Made by a program: the position numbers and the translations under genes. The notes under the pieces are model-generated. The model ran no database searches. It was not told the origin of the DNA and saw only the letters and a program-made list of their open reading frames with translations. A stretch of DNA of 64,000 nt from the NCBI GenBank assembly GCA_013265495.1, contig MU057887.1:3195576-3259575 (forward strand), written 5' to 3'. This document shows positions 46,003-55,170 of this stretch, one piece after another. The DNA comes from Vicugna vicugna (lineage: Eukaryota). How positions within the stretch are numbered: position 1 is the stretch's first letter; each line of letters opens with the position of its first letter.

Positions 46003-46339
46003 GATTCCTTCATTGAACCACCGGACGTCTAGACATGTGTTGTTTGACTTCCAGGTATTTGTGGTGCTTGCATATTTCCTTGAGTTGTGATGTCCAACTG
46101 TATCCCATTGTGGTTTGAGAACATGCTTTGTGTGATTTCAGACTCATCAACATGCCGAGGCCTGTTTCACATGATTCCTTCATTGAACCACCAGATGTCT
46201 AGACATGTGTTGTTTGACTTCCAGGTATTTGTGGTGTTGCATATTTCCTTGAGTTGTGATGTCCAACTTTATCCCATTGTGGTTTGAGAACATGCTTTGT
46301 GTGATTTCAGACTCATCAACATGCCGAGGCCTGTTTCAC
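46003..46339. repeat. Tandem duplication, 2 x about 168 bp, inside old L1
   Basis: 46003-46170 is repeated at 46173-46339 with three substitutions and one 1-bp indel. Confidence 0.97.
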
Positions 46340-46878
46340 GGTCCAGCACGTGGTCAGTGCTGGAGACCATGGAGGACGTGCATGGAAGACGTCCGTGCAT
46401 GTGCTCTGCCGCGGTGGGACCAGCGTGCGGTGCTGCCTCCTGGGTCTGGCTGGTTTACACGGCTGACCGGTCTTTTGTCTCCCTGTGGGTCTTCAGCCTG
46501 GTTGTTCTATCCATTATTGAAAGTGAGATATTAAGGTCTCCAACTATCATTGTTGAATTGTCTATTTCTCCCTTCAGTTTTTTCAGTTTTTGTCCATGAA
46601 TTTTGGGGCTCTTTTTGAGACTCATATATGTTTATAATTTTTATATCTTCTGGATGGATTCACTCTTTTTGCCTTACAAAATGTATTTATTTTTGTTGAG
46701 AAACAAATTTCCCCTTAAAGTCTATTTTATTTGATGCAAGGTAGCCGGTCCAGCTGTCTTTCGGTTACTGTGCTGTGCTACAATGCCCCTCCTCTTACTT
46801 TCAGTCCATTTGCATCTCTTGTCTATAAAGGCCATCCCTGCAAAAGCATATAGCTGTCATCTTGCCATTTGTTTTCTT

Positions 46879-47545
46879 TTTTTTAACATTTTTTATTGAG
46901 TTATAGTCATTTTACAGTGTTGTGTCAAATTCCAGTGTAGAGCACAATTTTTCAGTTATACATGAACATACATATATTCATTGTCACATTTTTTTCTCTG
47001 TGAGCTACCATAAGATCTTGTGTATATTTCCCTGTGCTGTACAGTATAATCTTGTTTATCTCTCTACAATTTTGAAATCCCAGTCTGTCCCTTCCCACCC
47101 CCCTCCCCCTTGGCAACCACAAGTTTGTATTCTATGTCTGTGAGTCTGTTTCTGTTTTGAATTTATGCTTTCTTTGTTTGTTTAGATTCCACATATGAGC
47201 GATCTCATATGGTATTTTTCTTTCTCTCTCTGGCTTACTTCACTTAGAATGACATTCTCCAGGAGCATCCATGTTGCTGCAAATGNNNNNNNNNNNNNNN
47301 NNNNNNNNNNNNNNNNNNNNNNNNNNNNNNNNNNNNNNNNNNNNNNNNNNNNNNNNNNNNNNNNNNNNNNNNNNNNNNNNNNNNNNNNNNNNNNNNNNNN
47401 NNNNNNNNNNNNNNNNNNNNNNNNNNNNNNNNNNNNGTCATCCTGAAATAGGGATCCTTCTGGATATAAGCCCAGGAGCGGGATTCCTGGGTCATGTGGT
47501 AAGTTCATTCCTAGTCTTTTGAAGAATCTCCACAGTTTTCCAGCT
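46879..47545 (-). mobile_element. Young, 5'-truncated camelid L1 (ORF2 C-terminus + 3' UTR + poly-A) with TSD
   Basis: Peptide ...LPHDPGIPLLGLYP...FAATWMLLENVILSEVSQREKEKYHMRSLICGI* is the L1 ORF2p C-terminus. Poly-T tail from 46879; TSD ATTTGTTTTCTT at 46867-46878 and 47546-47557. Confidence 0.95.
47286..47436. other. Assembly gap (151 N) within the young L1
   Basis: Run of N. Confidence 0.99.
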
Positions 47546-48008
47546 ATTTGTTTTCTTACGTCTAATGTCACTCTCGTTCTGTTCCTTCACGGCTGCTCCT
47601 TTTGTGTGAAGTGTTTCTAGCATATATTTTGAGTTCCTTGCCATTTTCCTCATTCTGTTGTTTTGAGTTGCGTTCCTAGTTGCTGCCCTGAGGGCCACAA
47701 TTAATACCTTAGCTTATGTGGATCCAGTTCAGAATGACACCTGCCCCATTTCAGCGGTGTCAAAGGCCTTTGCTCCTACAAGCCACCTTCTCCCCCGCCT
47801 GCGCTTTGAAAGTCATACACGTGACATCTCTGTACGCTGACTATCCATCAACAAAAATGTATAATTATTGCTTTATGCAATTGTCGTTCAAATCAGTTAG
47901 GAAAAAAGAGTTATGAATCAAAAAGTTCCACTTAAACGGTGCTTCGTATTCACCTACATAAACCTTTACTGGTTCTCTTCGTTCCTTCATGTGGGTTTGA
48001 GTTGCCGT

Positions 48009-48416
48009 CTAGTGTCCCTTTATCCAGCTGGAAGAACTTCCTTTCGTATTTCTCTCGGGAGTGGTCTGGCAGCAGCGAACTCCCTCAGTGCTTTGTTTTC
48101 TTTTAACCTGGGACTGTCTTAATTCCTTCTTCATTTTCGCAGGAGGGTTAGGATGTGGGCTGCTTGATTGGCAGTTTTGTTCTCTCAGCACTTGGAACAG
48201 CTGGTCCCACAACCTTCTGGCCCCCGTGGTTTCTGATGAAAACTCAGCAGATAACCCTTGGATCTTACACATTGTGAGCCACCTCTCTCCTGCTGTCTTC
48301 GAGGTCTTCTCTTTGTCTACGACTGCTGACAATCTGATTGTGATGTGTCTTGGTGTGACTCTCTTTGAGTTTACCTGACTTGGAGTTCTCTGAGCTTCTC
48401 CATTCAGTAGATGCAT
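48009..48416 (-). pseudogene. L1 ORF1p C-terminal remnant (RRM/CTD region)
   Basis: EAQRTPSQVNSKRVTPRHITIRLSAVVDKEK...LSAEFSSETTGARRLWDQLFQVLREQNCQ parallels L1 ORF1p EIQRTPQRYSSRRATPRHIIVRFTKVEMKEK...LTADLSAETLQARREWGPIFNILKEKNFQ. Confidence 0.88.
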
Positions 48417-50149
48417 GTTTTTAATCAGATGCGAGAGGTTTTCATCTGTGGTTTTATCAAATATTCTTTCTGACCTTCATCTCCCTTCTTCCCTCCTAGA
48501 ACTCCCATTATGAGTATTTTGATAATTGCATGGTGTGCCGCAGGCCTTTGAGCCTTTCCTCGTTATTTTTCATTCTTCTTTGTTTTCTTTCTTTCTTCTC
48601 CTCAGATTGGATAATCTCAGTTAACCACTTTTAAGGTTTCTGATTCTTTTTCTGCCTGTTCAAATACGTAGTCAAACCCCTCTAGTGGATTTTTCACATT
48701 AGTTGCAGTACTTTTCAACTCCAGAAATTGCACTTTGTTCTTTTTGTAAATAGCTTTTGTATCTCTATTGAACATACTTTAAATGGCTGGTTTTGCCTGT
48801 TAAGTCCAACGTCTGGGCTGCCTCAGGGATCATTTCTACTGATTGTTTTTTCCTCTGTATGGGTCAGACTTTTTTGTTGCTTTGCATATCTCATAATTTT
48901 TGCTGAAACTGGACATTTAAAATAATATAACGTGGCAAATCTGGAAATCAGATTCCTCCCCTTCTGCCCAGGGGTTAATGTTGCCGCTTGTTTTTATCGT
49001 TGCTGCTGTCTTTGTTGTTTATTAAGTGATTTCCTTAACTAATCCTATAAATTCAGCATCCTTTGCCATGTTTGGACACTAAAGTTTCTGCTTGGTTCGC
49101 TCAGTGATCAGCAAGTGACTGCACAGAGATTTCTTAAACACTTGGGGTCTGTAAGTCTCCCAGTCTTTGCCAAGGGGTTCTAGGAGCAGATTGGGACACG
49201 CCTTCAGCACGTAGCCATGTGGTTGGCATCTCTGCCTCCGCCGTCGCTCCTGCATGTACAGAGCCTCGAGGTCAGTCAGGGTGAGAGCTCAGGGTCTTCT
49301 CGGGTCTTCCTGGATGTGCCCCCTGCCCTGTACATGCAGGTACTTCTTAGATTCCCAGGAATATGTCAGAGCTTTTTGAAACCCTGGTGGACATCTCATT
49401 CCCAGATTTTTTAAAAGCTTTTTAGTTAGCCTCATGTTTAGCTGTTATCCACCACCTCAGGTGTCTGAGGCATTCCCCTCTAATTGTTTTTGACAAACAC
49501 TTCCCAGGGAAAAGGCTTTGCATTGTGCAAGCTCTGAGTCTGTTTAAAGAAAGACAACCTTGTACGCAGGGTCCGCCTGGGAGCTATCAGACAGGTCAAA
49601 TCGTGACAATCCTCTGCAGATAAGACGTGGAAGGACCTCCAGTCCTGCTCTACCCCTCCCAGGGGTGTCAGGCTGCTGGGCTTCACTGTGATCAGAGGCT
49701 GTTGGTCTTCAAGGCTCCCGCGGAGCTGCAGAAAGGGGAATGAGAACAGGACAAAATAAAACACCACAAGGCTCAGTGTCCTGCCCAAGATTCTGCTGCT
49801 TTTATTGAATAAATGCCCTCCAAGCTGCTGAGAAGATTTGGTGGACTTCAAGGCTCTGAAAAAGTTGGTTCTGACAGCTTTTGTAGTTCTCTCACTGCTC
49901 TGTGAAAGAGAGAATTTGGGAAGGTTCATACTCCACTTTCTCACTGACCTCTCTCAGCCGGTTTTCCTGTCCCTGCCTTGTCGAGGGCAAGGGTTCATCT
50001 CCAAGGGAGGCCAGCAGCGCGCATGTGCGGATGGGGGCTCTGGGCCTTGTCGCCTGTGTTTGCTGAGTGGCTTCCCCGCCAGCTGCGGCTGGCACAGCCC
50101 TCCAGCTCCTCGCCATCCATTGCACTACGTAACACGTGCCGGCTCAAAG

Positions 50150-50300
50150 GAGCGGCTTCCAGGGCAGGGCTGTCCCCAGGGCCCGGCCGTGCCAGCACCC
50201 TGACCTTCAACCTCCACCCTTCAGAACTAGACGGAATGCATCTTGCTTTTATAAGCCACACAGCCCACAGTACTTTGTTACAGCCGCCCGAGCAGCCCTA
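50150..50300 (+). mobile_element. MLT1 LTR 3' part
   Basis: gccagcaccctgaccttcaacctccacccttcagaactagacggaatgcatcttgcttttataagccacacagcccacagtactttgttacagccgccc. Confidence 0.65.
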
Positions 50301-50329
50301 GTGCAGGGCGGAATGGATGCAGCCGGCCC

Positions 50330-50425
50330 TGCAGACCCTGGGATCGCCTGAGACAAGTCCTTGGAATAAGCCTCTTTTATATACAAATATCCTACTGGTG
50401 CTGCTGCTCTGGAGAACCCTGGGAC
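50330..50425 (+). mobile_element. MLT2-like LTR 3' end
   Basis: aataagcctcttttatatacaaatatcctactggtgctgctgctctggagaaccctgg resembles the MLT2 3' terminus tatcctattggttctgtttctctggagaaccctg. Confidence 0.45.
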
Positions 50426-51149
50426 GCTGGGTATAGTGAATTGTGCTGTGGCTGCATCTCAGGCTTGTTGCTGGATTCAGCGAAGTAATGGAGGTGGAAG
50501 TCTTTGCAAATGGCAAAGAACAAGCCGGAAGTTAGCAGCGATCTTCATTTAGAGCTTGACTTTTTCACCGTCTGTTTCTCTCCAGTGGCCGCACTAGTTT
50601 TAGCTGCTGCAATCCCCAAGTAAGGGATGAGAGGCTTCGAGCCCGACACTGTGGCCACGCCATGGAAGAACCGCTTCTCCATGGTGGCACAAGGGCCCCT
50701 TGCCCACAGCCGCTTGACCCCCCACATGACCTTGGCCAGGGGACGTGCATGCGGATGAGTCAGCCAGTGTCCTCATTAGAGCGTGAGTTTCAGTCTCAGC
50801 TTCTTAACAACGTGATCTGACCAGACAGCTAGAACCACATCCTGCCGAAACGTGCTGGCCTCAGAGAGTTGGTGAGGGGAGGCGGGTGGGAACGGGGCTC
50901 TCTGCAAAAATTAGAGATGAAATTTCACTTGCTTTAAATTTTGCTTAGCAGATACTTATCGGGCCAGGGACCATTGGGCAAGATGCTCTCCCAGCAGAAA
51001 AGACACACGTGTGTTTGTAAAAATTTAGTGGGAACCATAATTACAACTGAAAACTCCATAGTTTATAAACAGTCATAGGCCCGGCCTGTTTCTAGGAAAC
51101 TCTGCGTGTGTGTGCGAGCACCCCAGGGCTGAGAACTCCAGAATCTGGC

Positions 51150-52015
51150 ATTACGGAATTGCAACGGGAAACAAAACGAGGTGCCACTACACCCTGCTCG
51201 AGCGGCCCGAATCCAGACACTGGCAACCCCAGGTGCTGGCACGGACACGGAGCGGCAGGAACCCGGGCTCACCCTGGTGGGAGTGCAAAGTGGGGCAGCT
51301 GTGGAAGACAGGGTGTGGCTTCCCACAACACTAGGCACATCCTCGCTGTAGGCCCTAGCACTCCCTCTCCGTGGTATTTACCCAACGGAGTTGGAAACTT
51401 ACGTCCACGCACACATTCATTTATTGAAGCTCTATTCGTCACTGACAACACTTGGAAGCAACCAGTGTCCTTCAGTAAATAAGTGGGTGAGGAAGCTGGT
51501 ACCTGCAGAAAATGGACTGTTGCTGAGCACTAAAAGGAAGGGACCGTCGTGGAGACACGGAGGACCTTAAGCGCACGTGGGTAAGTGAAACAGGCCGACC
51601 GGAGACCGCGCACCGGGTGAGCCCTGCTCTGTGCCGTTCTGCGAAAGGCAAAGCTGTGGAGGCGGTGCAAAGGTCAGAGGCTGCCAGGGGCCGGGGGGGA
51701 GCAGGTGGGCGCAGAGGGTCCCCGGCAGCGAGCTGCTCTCGGCGGTGCAGAGTCAGGGACGCGCTCATCACACTTTGGTCAGAGCCCAGGAATGCGCCCC
51801 ACCTGCAGTGAGCCTGGGTGTGCGCCGCGGGCTCCTGGGCGGATGACGGGTTGGCAGGTTCCTCGGCTGTAGCAAACGTGCCGTCCAGAGGGGGTGCTGG
51901 TAACAGGGGACACTGCGTGTGTGCAGGGGCAGGGGGACACAGGAAGTCTCTGTCCCTTCGGCTCAGTTTTGCTGTGAGCTTAGAAGTACTCTGAAAAACA
52001 ACGCCTATTTTTTTA
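51150..52015 (+). mobile_element. L1MA/L1MB-type 3' fragment (ORF2 end + 3' UTR), strongly GC-shifted
   Basis: ggtatttacccaacggagttggaaacttacgtccac...cttggaagcaaccagtgtccttcagta...ctctgtcccttcggctcagttttgctgtgagcttagaagtactctgaaaaacaacgcctatt, colinear with the recalled L1MB 3' consensus. Confidence 0.85.
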
Positions 52016-55000
52016 AGGTGAAGTGGGGAGGCAGGAGGAGCAGCTGGAGCGCTGTGTGCAGGACGGGCCAGCGCTGCCCTGCCGGCCGGGCAGGGGAGGC
52101 AGGGCTGAGCCCGGGGCTGCCAGGGGAGGAGGGGGAGGCCCGGCACTGACCCAGACCCGCCCTGCAGGGTCGGAAAGGGAACCAGCCCTGCCGACACCTC
52201 GCTGCGGCCGGGCCCGCCCACGGAATCGCGAGACGGCGACCACACACACAGCCTGTGCGTCTGACAGCGCTGAGGCGCAGGGGGCGGCCCGACGGCGGCC
52301 TCCCGCCACCAGCGCCGCCTCCCACAGACGCCGCCGCCTCCTGGCTGCTCCGCGAGCTCATCTCTCCCTTTCTTCACTTGGCAGCGTGTCTGGGGGTTAT
52401 TCTCCATCTCATTCTCTCTCACGGCCGCGTGGTATCTCCGTAAATTCTTCACCCCATCTCTACGGACAAACGCAACGCTGCAGAGCCGAGCAGTGCTTTA
52501 TTTTAGTTCCAGCGATGCTGACGGGACAGGCCGGTCGGCCCACTGGTTCCCCCGGCACCCTCGGTCTGGCTGCACATGCGGCTCCCAAGCCCCTCTCCCG
52601 GGGCGGAGGCGGACGAGTTCTCGCCCCGTGGGCCTTTGACACCGCAGGTGACTCCAGGACCCTCCGTCAGGAGTCACACACGTCTCAGCACCACCTTGTC
52701 GGGGACTCGGACTGCTAACCACCGATTTCCAGCCTGGGTCTCTCCCCTCTTCCTCCAACGCCCGGGGGAGGCGGAGGCAGGACCACCCCCGGCTGAGGCA
52801 CCTCCCCGACGCTGGACTCCTGCCCCCCACCCCGCCCTCCGCCCGTCGGCGCCTAGGAAACCCCAGGGACGCCGGGACCAGGAGCCCAGGGACGGCGTCT
52901 GCAGGAGCAGCAATTCAATCTCAATCGAGGAAGAAAAACAAGCATTTTCTCTCTGTCTCTGCCGATTTGGAAAGTGGAGAAAGTTGATTTCAAGGGGGCC
53001 TTTGGGAAATAAGAGGAAACAGGTTTTGGAACAACTGTGGGGAGGAAGGTGAGCGAGTAATTACAGCCAAGACGACAGCAGTACTGAGACGGAAGGAGGG
53101 TGCGCGCGGGGGCTGCGGCCGCCCAGGGGCTGTCGGGGGGAGGGGCCCCCCTAGAGGGGCCACAGGTGTCCCAGAGCCCTGAAGGCCATCCTGCCTCTGC
53201 CTGTCAGACGTCCCAGCATCCGTGCGTGGTGGAGACAAGGCCCCAGGCGGACGCTGGTGACTCCGGGCTCCCCGCGGCGGGTGCTGGGCTGACTCGGCAG
53301 GTTGGGGGGCAGGAAACCCACGTTTCTTACAAGCACCCCGAGATGTGGAGGTGAGGGACCCGAGACCGGGTGGGTCCACCTGGCTCCATCGCGGGCTGTT
53401 CTGGCTGAGAGGGGACTTTCTTTGGTCCCACTGAGCAGACACGAGGAGGGAAGAGGGGGTTCAGACAGACACTGGGGGGAGCGTGCCGCTTCCCCCGCAG
53501 ACCAGCAGGAGGGGGCTGTCAGGCCCTGCAGCCCCTAGAAGTGACCGATGGGACAAAGCGATGACCAGGACGATGTGGTGCCGAGGTCCAGCCACACTCT
53601 CCCCTCTGTTTGGCTGAGACGCCCTGCGTTTGCACGTCAACCAGATGACCACCTCTTTGTCACCGGGGCAGAACGTGTTCTTAAAACCACGACGGCCGTG
53701 CATCAGAGTGACACCGCAGCCCGCTCAGGGCTCCGACGGCCACAGCTGCGACATTCGGAGCAAGAAGATGAACAAGGTCGCACTGGGTCATAACCCTGAA
53801 TGCAGATAAGTGTCCGTGAGGCAGACAACTTGAGCAAGTAAATGAAGGGGAGAAGCGACAGTAGCCCCATGCGAGAGAATTCCAGTGGTTTTTGCAGCTG
53901 CCCCGCCCTCGGGGAGAAAGCTGATCTCAGCCAGGCGTGCAAGGCCCCCCAGCCGCCCGTCAGGCAGGCTGGCAGGACGTGATGAGAGGGGCCTCGCCTC
54001 CGTGGCCCTGAGGCAGAAACCCATCGCCCTGTCCAACTAGGAGGAAAATGCAGGCTGAGCCCCTCCGCCGGACCTTGTACAAATCACCCGCGTGATCCTC
54101 CTCAGAAGCCTCACGGTCAGCAAAGACGAGGAAGGTCCGAGCCACTGTCATAGCCACGAGGAGCCCAGGGACACGTGGCGACTGAGCATCACGTGGGACA
54201 GAGAGGACGGCTTTTAAAATCAGACTGAAGCGTTGACGTGGGTAAATGTGATTAAGAAGAGAAACATCCCCAAGCCCAGATTTTTCACTCCACGTTGCCC
54301 CAGAACCAGGGGCTCCTCCTGCTCCCCCTGCTCCCCCTGAGGGTGCGGGCGCCGGGATGTCGGGGATCAGCCGCGGGCCCTGGACCATCGGGCGCTGGGA
54401 CCCAAGTCTGCCAGGCGCTGGGCCTCTCCAGGCATCTGCGCGCCACGCCCTGACTCCAGGCTCACCCGCAGGTTGGCTCCTCCAGCCGTCAGCCCGAATC
54501 TCAACATTTGGACATTTCTCCCAGTGAAACTTCCCAGTCCCTCTTTGGTGGATGCTGGCCGCACACCAGTGGCCCTCACGGTCTGGCCTGTGCCCAGAAG
54601 GAACGCAGGAGAAGGTCCCACTCTCCAGGCCCCTGCCCGTCCCCCCGGCGCTGGTCACCCCAGGGCCTCAGGGAAAACCGCCCCCCGTAAGGTCCCCCGC
54701 TGGTCCTCCCTTGAGGACCAGGCCCACGCTGACCCCGCTGCCAGAGGCGGGACGCAGACAGGCGTGTGTCTGCAGGGCTGGGGGCCAGCCTGGCTCAGGA
54801 GGCCTGCGGCCAGCCGAGCATCCCCCCCACCCCGTGGCTGCTGCAAGGCGAGGCCTCCCTGGGAGGAGAACTGTCACTTCTTTTCCTGAGTGTAGCGTGC
54901 GAACCATCGGCCAGAGCACGCGCCTCTCGGCGGGGCCCGTGGGCGTGGTCTGCCGCCTCGCAACTGTAGGACGCCTCTCTCCACCCGGCTTCTGAGTCGC

Positions 55001-55127
55001 CCAGTGCCGGGGCAGGCAGGGCTTCAGGCTGCTTGACAAGGGTCCCGGGGCACGGGTGGCGGTCGCGGCCTGGACTCCCGGGGCAGCTTGAGGGTCCTGT
55101 CACGGTCACTCAGTGGTTTTGTGTCCA

Positions 55128-55170
55128 CAAAGTTCTTAGATCAAAGTCTTAAGATACAAAGTCTTGAGAT
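55128..55170. repeat. Three imperfect 14-15 bp direct repeats carrying HMG-box-like motifs
   Basis: CAAAGTTCTTAGAT / CAAAGTCTTAAGATA / CAAAGTCTTGAGAT; includes AGATCAAAG (55138-55146). Confidence 0.8.

Larger units (their letters stand above)
45432..49950 (-). mobile_element. Old L1 (L1M) with 5' region, ORF1 and deleted ORF2; interrupted by a younger L1
   Basis: Antisense 3' end at about 45432 (aactcacacaccataaaattcagcc), ORF2-type tracts 45500-47900, ORF1 peptide at 48009-48416 and an L1M-type 5' region ending near ...ggaaggttcatactccactttctcactgac. Confidence 0.88.

Noticed and set aside
47182-47571. ORF as a host gene
   Set aside because: It is the L1 ORF2p C-terminus of a 5'-truncated insertion; the apparent start lies outside the element.
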